Notes: a model not told the origin generated them from the letters alone. A DNA stretch of 32,000 nt from Candidatus Nanopusillus acidilobi (GCA_001552015.1 CP010514.1:270001-302000); one strand, 5' to 3'. Shown: positions 15,744 to 23,680, numbered from the stretch's first letter. Made by a program: numbers and translations.

Positions 15744-17387
15744 ATGGTAGACCTAAATATTTTAATAGGTGGTCAGGCTGGTCAAGGAATAGATTTTGCT
15801 GCAGATATAATATCAAGAGTATTCATTAAATTGGGATATAATGTATTTAATTATAGATGGTATATGAGTTTAATTAGAGGGGGACATAATTATAATATTG
15901 TTAGTATATCTAGAGAAAAAATATATGCACCATATTTTGAAGATTTTGATTATATAATTGCATTTGATCAAAATACGGTAAATTTACATAGTAAAAAATT
16001 AAAGGAAAATGGATTAATAATTGGACCAAAAAATGTTGTATATAATAAAAAAGTTGATATAGATTTAGATTATTATTATAAAAAATATAATGTTAATAAA
16101 AAATATGAAAATACAATTGTTCTATTAGCGTTTTTTAAATATTTAAATATTGATAAAGAAATAGTTAAAGATGTATTTGAAAAAAGAATAGGCGATCCTG
16201 AAGAATTAAAATTAATTGACATTATTTATAATGATTTAAATATTAGTAGTAAAGAAAGTATAGAAAAGGGAGTTTATAAGAAACAATTTTATTTATCTGG
16301 TTCTGAAGGAATTGCATTAGGAGCAATTGCTGCAGGTTTGGATATATATATTGCATATCCAATGACTCCTGCGTCTCCCGTTTTGCATATTTTAGCATCT
16401 CTAAGGGATAAATATAATATTGTAACATATCAACCTGATAATGAAATTGGTGTAATTAATATTGCTTTAGGTGCATCTTATGCAGGTGCAAAGGTAATGA
16501 TTGGATCTTCTGGAGGTGGTATAGATTTAATGGCAGAGGCAATTAGTTTAGCAGGTATGGCAGAAATTCCTTTAGTAATTTATTGGGCTCAAAGATATGG
16601 ACCTTCAACAGGTATGGCAACACATACAGATCAATCAGATCTATTAGAAGCATTAAATATTGGTCATGGAGAATTTCCTAGAGTCGTTATTGCACCTGGA
16701 GATCCTGCAGAAGCTTTTGAAAGAACAATTGAAGCATTTCATATTGCATATAAATTTAATAATCCTGTAATATTATTATCAGATCTATTTTTAGGTGAAT
16801 CTAAGATGAATTTCGATTATATATATGTACCAAATATAGAAATATCGAGATATATAGATTTGGAACCTCCAAAGAATTATCAAAATTATAAAATAAATGA
16901 TCAAGGATATCAATTAAGGGCAATACCTGGTTTTGATGCAATTGTAAAAGCTTCATCTTATGAGCATGATGAATCAGGTATAGAAACAGAAAATCATGAA
17001 ATGGGACAAAAAATGAGTGAAAAAAGGATGAGGAAATTAGAATCTATTGAAAAGGAATTAAAAGAATTTGAACCATATCAAATATATGGAGAAGGAAACA
17101 AGTTAATTGTTTCTTGGGGTTCTAATAAGATGCCAATATTAGAAGCATTAAAATATTTAAAAGGTTGGAAATATTTGCATATATCTTATTTATCTCCATT
17201 TCCAAAAGAAATTAAATATTTACTAGAAGAATCTAAAGAAATAGTATCAATTGAACATAATTTAACTGGACAATTATCAAAATTAATAAAACAAGAATTA
17301 GGAATTGAAATTGAAAATAAATTATTAAAGCATTCTGGAGAACCATTTTCTGTTAAGGAAATATTAGATTATATAAAAAATCTATAA
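15744..17387 (+). CDS. 2-oxoacid:ferredoxin oxidoreductase, fused gamma-alpha subunit
   Basis: 547 aa. The N-terminal IGGQAGQGIDFAADIISRV is the gamma domain, and SGSEGIALGAIAAGLDIYIAYPMTPASP is the alpha (POR_N) domain. The architecture resembles the large subunit of two-subunit OFORs. Confidence 0.8.
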   Translation: MVDLNILIGGQAGQGIDFAADIISRVFIKLGYNVFNYRWYMSLIRGGHNYNIVSISREKIYAPYFEDFDYIIAFDQNTVNLHSKKLKENGLIIGPKNVVYNKKVDIDLDYYYKKYNVNKKYENTIVLLAFFKYLNIDKEIVKDVFEKRIGDPEELKLIDIIYNDLNISSKESIEKGVYKKQFYLSGSEGIALGAIAAGLDIYIAYPMTPASPVLHILASLRDKYNIVTYQPDNEIGVINIALGASYAGAKVMIGSSGGGIDLMAEAISLAGMAEIPLVIYWAQRYGPSTGMATHTDQSDLLEALNIGHGEFPRVVIAPGDPAEAFERTIEAFHIAYKFNNPVILLSDLFLGESKMNFDYIYVPNIEISRYIDLEPPKNYQNYKINDQGYQLRAIPGFDAIVKASSYEHDESGIETENHEMGQKMSEKRMRKLESIEKELKEFEPYQIYGEGNKLIVSWGSNKMPILEALKYLKGWKYLHISYLSPFPKEIKYLLEESKEIVSIEHNLTGQLSKLIKQELGIEIENKLLKHSGEPFSVKEILDYIKNL

Positions 17388-17837
17388 TTACTTTTTATTT
17401 AAAGCTTTTTTATCTTTTTCCCATTCTTCAATATCTCCATCAATAATATAAAAAATTGGATTTGGTTCTATTATTTTTTCATCTTTTATTTCTTCATATT
17501 TTTCTTTATCTCTTATTTTAAGTTTTTCAAGTAAATGTTGAAATTCAAAATTTATTTGACCAATTGTTACTGGCATTTTTAATTTTAAATCATACTTTAT
17601 TATTTTATCTTTATTAAAATTGTATCCTCTTCTTTTTCCTTCTAAATAAACATAATATAAATATGTTCCTATATATAATATTGGATCATTTGTTTTCTTG
17701 AATCTTATTAATTGAGGATGATTTTTATATCCTTTTGTTTTTCCTAATAATACTTTTTGGGCTAATAAGCCTTCTCTCCATAAACCTAAAAGACCAAGTT
17801 TATCTAAATATTTTGGATGTAATGACCAAAGTCTCAT
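17388..17837 (-). CDS. Pyrimidine-dimer DNA glycosylase (DenV / T4 endonuclease V-like family)
   Basis: 149 aa. MRLWSLHPKYLDKLGLLGLWREGLLAQKVLLGKTKGYKNHPQLIRF matches the conserved N-terminus of the Pyr_excise family. A TATA-like TATATAAAAAA lies about 25 nt upstream on the minus strand. Confidence 0.75.
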   Translation of the reverse strand: MRLWSLHPKYLDKLGLLGLWREGLLAQKVLLGKTKGYKNHPQLIRFKKTNDPILYIGTYLYYVYLEGKRRGYNFNKDKIIKYDLKLKMPVTIGQINFEFQHLLEKLKIRDKEKYEEIKDEKIIEPNPIFYIIDGDIEEWEKDKKALNKK

Positions 17838-17922
17838 TAAATTATAATTAGGCAGTGAGCTTTTTTATATAGAAATTAGGCTTCATTGATAGTTATTATA
17901 TTCTCTTAGGGGATTAGGAATA

Positions 17923-17930
17923 TTTATAAA
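17923..17930 (+). promoter_or_regulatory. Orphan consensus TATA box (TTTATAAAACTT) with no start codon at the usual spacing
   Basis: It has the same TTTATAAA(A)CTT sequence as the boxes at 21577, 23802 and 25586, but no ATG lies 22-24 nt downstream. The nearest ATGs are at 17937, which is too close, and at 18009. Confidence 0.35.
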
Positions 17931-18090
17931 ACTTATATGAAGAAGTCTATTTATTTAATAATTATAAAAATAATTACCTTTTTTAAAGCTTTACTAAAAA
18001 TATATTATATGAAAAAGCCTATGACTTTAGAAGATATTATTTTTTAGTAGATTAGAAAATATAAAAAGTATTAGAAAAATTAAAGATAAA

Positions 18091-18981
18091 TTGAAAGAAT
18101 CTAAAGAATATCTAGATGATAAATTGAAAGAATATGGGCCAGTAATAGCAGGTTATGCATTATCATTATCTCCTTATACAAGAGCTTCACTTTCAGTAGG
18201 ATCATATTTAGAAGGAAGACTTGGTGGTCGTAGAGGTATAGCTGCAAAATATGCATCAATAGCAATTGGTGTTGCTGTTACTGCTGCTGCTATAGGTGCA
18301 TTATTTGGAATACATGCATTACCTTCACATAATGAACATATACAATATTTAGGATCTCAAAATGGTTATGAAGCATTTGTACCAAACGGTCAAACAGTAA
18401 ATTATAATGGACAGACAGATCCTACAGGTAATTTAATATTAAACAATGGAACTACAGTACATGACGTAATATGGAATGGCCAGTATGCAAGTACAATAAT
18501 TAATAATCATAATCAAATAGTTCAATTGAATAGTCAATTTGTTGGGCAGACTGATCCAATAAATCATCAACCATATGACCCCTTAAAGGATTTATATGTA
18601 ATTAAGGGCCAGGTGCCAGTTGAGCAGGCGACAATAAATGGACAGACATATTATGTAATAGAGGCAAATAAAATAAATCCAGCAGACATTGCAGGATTCT
18701 ATACATATGATAAATGGGTATCCAACTTCGTAGCAGCAATGAATACACCAGGAACATACGCAGCAGTAATACCAGGAAATTCTCCTGTATTCCAATGGAC
18801 AAACACAACAGGAACAGTAGCATACCAAACAATGCTATATGGACACTATGGACAATTTGCCGGAGGAGTTGTATTAATCTTACCAAATAAAACCATAATT
18901 CCATACGGTACCCCTGCTAGTCCTGCTGGTTCAGCTATTTCTTTTGATTCCCCATCTCAGGTATATTCTTCTTCTAGCTAA
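18091..18981 (+). CDS. Membrane-anchored Gly/Ala/Thr/Gln/Pro-rich protein of unknown function (tracked start TTG; true start uncertain)
   Basis: 296 aa. There is one clear TM segment (IAIGVAVTAAAIGALFGI) after a charged N-terminus, then a domain of about 220 aa with repeated GQTDP / NGQT motifs and a Ser-rich tail. No in-frame ATG occurs before residue ~217. Composition and codon usage differ from neighbouring genes. Confidence 0.6.
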   Translation: MKESKEYLDDKLKEYGPVIAGYALSLSPYTRASLSVGSYLEGRLGGRRGIAAKYASIAIGVAVTAAAIGALFGIHALPSHNEHIQYLGSQNGYEAFVPNGQTVNYNGQTDPTGNLILNNGTTVHDVIWNGQYASTIINNHNQIVQLNSQFVGQTDPINHQPYDPLKDLYVIKGQVPVEQATINGQTYYVIEANKINPADIAGFYTYDKWVSNFVAAMNTPGTYAAVIPGNSPVFQWTNTTGTVAYQTMLYGHYGQFAGGVVLILPNKTIIPYGTPASPAGSAISFDSPSQVYSSSS

Positions 18982-18995
18982 TTTTTTAGCAATTT

Positions 18996-21536
18996 TTAAG
19001 ATACGCTTATTATATAAGGTACTCCATAGGTTGCTATTATCCAATTTAGATACATAAATCCCGATCCCCCTCCAGAACCTGTTGAAATAAATAAATAAGG
19101 TATCCCAACATAATTGTTAAGGTTATCTACCAAATGTCTTACTCTAAATCTCTCTCCATTATTATATTCTTCAAAGGATCCAAATGTTCCAGGTACGAAG
19201 TTTCCATTTGTATCGTTAGGAGTAAAATAATAATAATTAATCAAAGTCCTTTGATAATTTACAGGTTGATTAAACGCCGTATTATATGCATTTATGTATG
19301 ATTGTACAAATATTGGTTCTCCCGTTATTGTACTTATATTTCCAGGAGGTGCTGGTGGTATTGCAAGTGCCTTATGACTACAACCCCATCCACAACTCCA
19401 ACTATATGGTTCTGAAGCAAGAGAATAATTGAAAATGTTTCCATTCATTAAGAAAAATATATTCATATTACTATTTTCATTATTATTTTCTGGCTGGAAC
19501 CAATTATACATCCAAAACACTCCATATTGAGAATAATGATTATTATTTTGCTGATCTGGAGGTATAAAGGCAAAATAATTTGATCCTCCATTTTGTCCGT
19601 ATATCTTTCCATTATTATCTTCTAAGAAATAATAATTGAGATTCCAACCAAAAGAAGAAGGATTCCAACTAAAATACCATCCAGATCCTGAATAATAATA
19701 ATCATAATATCCACTTGGATTTAGATTATTTGTATATTGAGTAGTTAAGAAATATCCTAATCCTAATGTATCACTATATTGCAATATTCCAACATAATAT
19801 CCTGAAGAATAGCCTGGACCTGGACCACCAAATGCCCATGCATATTCATACATAAATATTGGGAAATTAAGTGGTAAATATGTATCACCTCCAACATTTA
19901 TTCCTATATTTTGATTTCCTACAGGAGCACATCCTCTAAGACCATGTATACAGTTCGTTGTTGAATCTTTATAATTATAATCATTTACTGTATCAGCTTG
20001 GAATTGATTATTATAACTAACATATGATAATACTACAGCAGCTGAAACATATGGAGTTGTAACAGTACCCGGAGTATCTTCCCATGGTATTCCAGAAAAA
20101 TATGCAAATGTTTGTAATCCCAATCCATTTTGTGATTGAGATAATTGATTAAAAGTCTTTTGTAAAACATTTGATGTAATTAATGCATAAGATCCCTGAT
20201 TTGTCCCATTATCCATCATTAGTCCTTCGAAATATTCATTTGATATAATTTGTGGAATAATATTTGTTCCATTTACATAAATACTTATATTATTATACGT
20301 AGGTAATACATCACTAGATTGATTATTGATAAAACATGCTGTGTATCCATTATTACAGGATATTTCTTTTTCTTCTATATTTCCATTATATGGATAAAAG
20401 TTAACATATATTGGAAATACATTCAATCCATTATCATAAATAGTTGCATTAGAAGCATTATTTGGATCTAATGCATAAGGATCACCACCAATTGTTCCAT
20501 TTAAATATGATAATAGACTTTCATTACTAAATCCAACAAATATTGATATAATATTACAACCAAAATTACTATTATATAATGAAGGAATATTTAATAGATT
20601 AATAAAGAAATAATAATTTCCCTCACTATCTTGACCAGCATACCATGAAGGTAATGCATAATATTTACCATCATAATTAACTAAAAATACAACATTACTC
20701 CCAAAATATGGATATGCTTGAATATAATCACTTAAAGGAGGACCAATTGTAACTAATATATTTTGGAAATCTTCCATAGAATATCCTCCATTATTTGATA
20801 AAGGTATAGCTAAATATGTTCCATTAACTATTTCTATATTATTTACTGTATAATCATAATATTGAGTATTTGGATAAGAATTTCCTAATAAAGATATTGC
20901 TGGAGTTATATTTATATATTCAGGTTCACTTAAATAGTAATATTGTATACTTTGACTATTTCCTGACACTGGTTCACATAATATACAAAAATATGCAAAA
21001 CTACCTGCCTGATATTCTAAAACATTATTTCCAACAATTTTACATTCATATGTATTTTCATTATATGTATATATAACATCATTTCCTTCAAAAGTATTAT
21101 TTGATAGATTAATTATAGATTCTAATTCAACATCCAATGAATTTATATCAAATGATGTTGAATTAGTATTTGTTATATTTGGAGGATTTATTTGTAATAA
21201 ACTACCACTACTACTACTAGTATAAGTATTTGTAATATTATAAAATATACTCCAATTACTTAGATTTTCAATAAATGATGGAACATAATATATATCAAAT
21301 CCATTCTGATAATATATATTTACCATAATTGTTGAATTTATTGTATTCTGATTACTGTTTTGATTATTTTGATTGTTTTGATTCAGTATTGAAATATAAT
21401 ATTGTGATGGATTATTAATATGGTAGAATTTAAATATTGAAGTTAAAACAAATATAACTCCTGCAAGAACTATAATAAATATTGGAAGATAATATCCTAT
21501 AAACATCATAAGATCATCAAAAATTTTTCCCCTCAT
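18996..21536 (-). CDS. Very large membrane-anchored Asn/Tyr/Ser/Gly-rich surface protein with DUF2341-like and ConA-like signatures
   Basis: 846 aa with an N-terminal anchor (FIGYYLPIFIIVLAGVIFVLTSIF) followed by an (NQN)n linker and many N-x-S/T sequons. NVVFLVNYDGKYYALPSWYAGQDSEGNYYFFINLLNIP...ISIFVGFSN...YDNGLNVFPIYVNFYP parallels the DUF2341-plus-ConA pattern of the 3281-5243 gene. The C-terminal FMYLNWIIATYGVPYIISVS resembles the ConA-like terminal strand. Confidence 0.6.
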   Translation of the reverse strand: MRGKIFDDLMMFIGYYLPIFIIVLAGVIFVLTSIFKFYHINNPSQYYISILNQNNQNNQNSNQNTINSTIMVNIYYQNGFDIYYVPSFIENLSNWSIFYNITNTYTSSSSGSLLQINPPNITNTNSTSFDINSLDVELESIINLSNNTFEGNDVIYTYNENTYECKIVGNNVLEYQAGSFAYFCILCEPVSGNSQSIQYYYLSEPEYINITPAISLLGNSYPNTQYYDYTVNNIEIVNGTYLAIPLSNNGGYSMEDFQNILVTIGPPLSDYIQAYPYFGSNVVFLVNYDGKYYALPSWYAGQDSEGNYYFFINLLNIPSLYNSNFGCNIISIFVGFSNESLLSYLNGTIGGDPYALDPNNASNATIYDNGLNVFPIYVNFYPYNGNIEEKEISCNNGYTACFINNQSSDVLPTYNNISIYVNGTNIIPQIISNEYFEGLMMDNGTNQGSYALITSNVLQKTFNQLSQSQNGLGLQTFAYFSGIPWEDTPGTVTTPYVSAAVVLSYVSYNNQFQADTVNDYNYKDSTTNCIHGLRGCAPVGNQNIGINVGGDTYLPLNFPIFMYEYAWAFGGPGPGYSSGYYVGILQYSDTLGLGYFLTTQYTNNLNPSGYYDYYYSGSGWYFSWNPSSFGWNLNYYFLEDNNGKIYGQNGGSNYFAFIPPDQQNNNHYSQYGVFWMYNWFQPENNNENSNMNIFFLMNGNIFNYSLASEPYSWSCGWGCSHKALAIPPAPPGNISTITGEPIFVQSYINAYNTAFNQPVNYQRTLINYYYFTPNDTNGNFVPGTFGSFEEYNNGERFRVRHLVDNLNNYVGIPYLFISTGSGGGSGFMYLNWIIATYGVPYIISVS
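21357..21383 (-). repeat. 3 x 9-bp in-frame tandem repeat encoding (NQN)3
   Basis: The plus strand reads GTTTTGATT ATTTTGATT GTTTTGATT. It lies inside the 846-aa gene and encodes the NQNNQNNQN linker after the membrane anchor. Confidence 0.7.
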
Positions 21537-21576
21537 TTTTATTTATAATACCTATTTAAATATAAATTTTATAGAT

Positions 21577-21584
21577 TTTATAAA
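21577..21584 (+). promoter_or_regulatory. TATA box (TTTATAAAACTT) for the 21606 gene
   Basis: The box ends 22 nt before the ATG at 21606. Confidence 0.5.
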
Positions 21585-21605
21585 ACTTTATAACAAAGTT
21601 ATAAG

Positions 21606-21974
21606 ATGGAATTAAAAGAAATAATTGGTTGGATTGGAATGTTATTAGCAACTTTTTGGGCTGGAGTACATATGTTAGTAGCAGGAGCAGTAGCAGTAAA
21701 TGTATCTTTAATATTTGGAGCATTTGTAGGAATGTTTGTAGCATTATCTATAATATCTGGATTAGTATTCTTATTAAATTGGAAGAAATATTATTTGCCA
21801 AACATTATATTTTGGTTAATAATGCTATTAGCACTGTTTGTAGGATATGTTCAATATATTAGAGGAGGTAACATAAATGCTTTATTTACAAATGTATTGG
21901 CTGAGATAGCGTTGATAATAGATATAGTAGAAATATTATTGGCACTTACTATCTGGAAAATTGATAAGGAATGA
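21606..21974 (+). CDS. Small integral membrane protein (about 4 TM), unknown function
   Basis: 122 aa with four hydrophobic stretches and consensus TATA spacing upstream. Confidence 0.55.
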   Translation: MELKEIIGWIGMLLATFWAGVHMLVAGAVAVNVSLIFGAFVGMFVALSIISGLVFLLNWKKYYLPNIIFWLIMLLALFVGYVQYIRGGNINALFTNVLAEIALIIDIVEILLALTIWKIDKE

Positions 21975-22032
21975 TTTTTTAATACCTTTTATTCCGGAGT
22001 TTATATTTATTTTTCATATTCCTTTTATTTGA

Positions 22033-22040
22033 TTTATAAA
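22033..22040 (+). promoter_or_regulatory. TATA box (TTTATAAA) for the 22064 gene
   Basis: The box ends 24 nt before the ATG at 22064. Confidence 0.5.
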
Positions 22041-22063
22041 AGTTAATTTACAACTATATTGTT

Positions 22064-22705
22064 ATGGTAGATAATGTTTCTACACAACAGGATGAAAAAA
22101 TAGATATAGACTTTAAAAGTATACCATTAAATCCATTAGGAAAGAATGATATAAAAAAATTAGAAACATTTCTAATTATAGGTACTCTATATAGACCAGA
22201 AATATTAGAATTAATAAAAGATCCTAATGAAAGATCTACATGGATTGATAGTTTGGCAATTGCAGCAGCAGCTTATGCAAGATATAAAGCAGGAATGCCA
22301 ATAAGTTTAATTGCAGATGAATTGGGTAGATCTGAAGAAACTATAAGAAATCATATTAGTGGAAAAACAAAGGCAGGTTCTCTTGTAATAGAAACATATG
22401 AAAAAATAAAATCTGGTCAATTAAATTTAATTCTATCATTTGGAGGTTCTAATAAAGAATTGGATGATCTAAAAAATCAGGTAAAAAATCTTAAGGAAGA
22501 AATAGAAAAATTAAAAGCTGAAAGAGATGAATTAAAAAATATTATAAATAATAAAGATGAAACAATTAAAAATTTACAAATAGAAATTGGTAAAATAAAA
22601 TCTGACTTAGATAAAATTAATAAAGAAAAAGAAGAAATAATTAATAAATATAAATCATTGCAAAATAAATTATTGGAAATTAAAAAAATATTAGAAAATA
22701 TATAA
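22064..22705 (+). CDS. Putative HTH protein with a long C-terminal coiled coil
   Basis: 213 aa. MPISLIADELGRSEETIRNHISGKT looks like a helix-turn-helix. The last ~85 residues (LDDLKNQVKNLKEEIEKLKAERDELKN...) are a heptad-rich coiled coil. Confidence 0.5.
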   Translation: MVDNVSTQQDEKIDIDFKSIPLNPLGKNDIKKLETFLIIGTLYRPEILELIKDPNERSTWIDSLAIAAAAYARYKAGMPISLIADELGRSEETIRNHISGKTKAGSLVIETYEKIKSGQLNLILSFGGSNKELDDLKNQVKNLKEEIEKLKAERDELKNIINNKDETIKNLQIEIGKIKSDLDKINKEKEEIINKYKSLQNKLLEIKKILENI

Positions 22706-22722
22706 TAAGTTCTTTTTAAAAA

Positions 22723-23154
22723 TTATACAACTAATAATATTAAAGCAATAAACATTAATATACTGGCAATAGCTTTTTGAATTGTTAAATCTTCATTTAA
22801 TATTATAATACTTAATAAAACAACAAATAAAAAGCTAGATCTATCTATTATACTAACATTACTAGCTTCTCCAATTTTTAATGCATAAAAGAAGGCTATC
22901 CAAGAAAGAGCACCAAATATAGCACTCAATATTACAAATATATAATCTTTGTTAGATAAATTAAATAAATTGTTTATATTTCCAATTTCTAAAATAAATA
23001 TAATAAATATAATAATTGCCATAATAATTGATCTTAAGGTTGTTACTGTAATAGAATTTATTTCTTGTAATCCAATTTTAGCAAATATAGTAGAAAAAGC
23101 TGCAAATATTGCTCCTAATAATGCATATATAAACCAGGTTGGTATTGAAACCAT
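22723..23154 (-). CDS. Half-size EamA/DMT-superfamily membrane transporter
   Basis: 143 aa with 4-5 TM segments. The N-terminus WFIYALLGAIFAAFSTIFAKIGL and the overall pattern resemble a single EamA domain. Confidence 0.55.
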   Translation of the reverse strand: MVSIPTWFIYALLGAIFAAFSTIFAKIGLQEINSITVTTLRSIIMAIIIFIIFILEIGNINNLFNLSNKDYIFVILSAIFGALSWIAFFYALKIGEASNVSIIDRSSFLFVVLLSIIILNEDLTIQKAIASILMFIALILLVV

Positions 23155-23330
23155 ATTCTATTTAAATCTTTAGAAATTTAAAAATAAGTTCTAATTAAAA
23201 ATAGTTAATAAATGCTGAATGTACGCTTCTAATAATTTTATTAATAATAATTTTGCATTGTAGTTTTGTTATCTTATTGATAAAAATTAAGTAGTAAAGG
23301 TCAGATAAAACTTTTATATAGGGTCCTAGT

Positions 23331-23351
23331 ATTAGAAGTATAACTTCTAAT
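23331..23351. promoter_or_regulatory. Perfect 21-bp palindrome ATTAGAAGT-ATA-ACTTCTAAT (putative operator), copy 1
   Basis: Read directly: two 9-bp arms are exact reverse complements around a 3-bp centre. Confidence 0.5.
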
Positions 23352-23364
23352 GATTTATAAATAT

Positions 23365-23385
23365 ATTAGAAGTATCAATTCTAAT
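23365..23385. promoter_or_regulatory. Second copy of the 21-bp element (ATTAGAAGTATCAATTCTAAT, 19/21 identical to copy 1)
   Basis: It starts 34 bp after copy 1 and keeps the outer ATTAGAA/TTCTAAT arms. A further half-site CTTCTAAT lies at 23226-23233. Confidence 0.45.
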
Positions 23386-23440
23386 ATCAATGATGGATTA
23401 CTATACTAGATTACACATTATTTAAAGAAAAACAAATAAA

Positions 23441-23680
23441 TTGAAGAAAAGAAAGAAATTTTTTATATTAGATCCATATTTGGCAAAATCTTTAAGTTTA
23501 TGGACTAATACAGAATATTTAAAAAGTGCATTGTATGAATGGATTGTGCAATCGCATTTAAAAAGGAGATTTGGAGAAGTATATTATTATAGAAATAGTT
23601 ATGAGATAGATGTTATTTCGGGTAATTTAAAAATAGAAATTAAATCTAAAAGAGCTCTAAAAATTATCCGAGAGATATAA
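23441..23680 (+). pseudogene. C-terminal remnant of a DUF4143-type AAA+ ATPase (PD-(D/E)xK-like tail)
   Basis: 79 aa starting at TTG. KFFILDPYLAKSL, then EWIVQSHLKRR, then YYYRNSYEIDVIS...KIEIK matches the C-terminal ~80 residues of the ~400-aa archaeal ATPase family (k.YF.D.gl...fEn.v...l......yYr....EvDfv....iEvK). There is no room upstream for the ATPase domain. Confidence 0.5.

Noticed and set aside
16243-16428. 61-aa ORF antisense to the oxidoreductase gene
   Set aside because: It is a shadow ORF.
17838-18090. Possible replication origin in the long AT-rich spacer (repeated ATTAGGC/ATTAGGA words and a GGGG)
   Set aside because: The repeats are short (7-8 nt) and irregularly spaced (28 and ~39 nt). 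They do not resemble ORB or mini-ORB elements, and no cdc6/orc1 gene is adjacent.
18592-18904. Two overlapping minus-strand ORFs (78 and 100 aa) inside the 296-aa gene
   Set aside because: They arise because this locally GC-richer segment has few stop codons in any frame. Their Cys/Leu-rich translations look non-biological.
18091-18981. Horizontal transfer as the explanation for the GC-rich 296-aa gene
   Set aside because: This is not excluded, but most of the GC excess in the first two-thirds comes from Gly/Ala/Thr/Pro codons whose third positions are still A/T, which is native-looking usage. Only the 3' third shows C-ending codons, and that fits expression-linked bias equally well.
20870-21076. 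68-aa ORF antisense to the 846-aa gene
   Set aside because: It is a shadow ORF.
21556-21862. 62-aa minus-strand ORF and 77-aa alternative-frame ORF overlapping the 122-aa membrane protein gene
   Set aside because: The 21606-21974 frame has the consensus TATA spacing and a coherent 4-TM profile. The other two frames do not.
22949-23173. 74-aa ORF antisense to the EamA-like gene
   Set aside because: It is a shadow ORF.
23386-23420. C box-like AATGATGG in the spacer, a possible second C/D sRNA
   Set aside because: The C box is imperfect. No CTGA D or D' box occurs at the required ~12-nt spacing, and there is no C' box.
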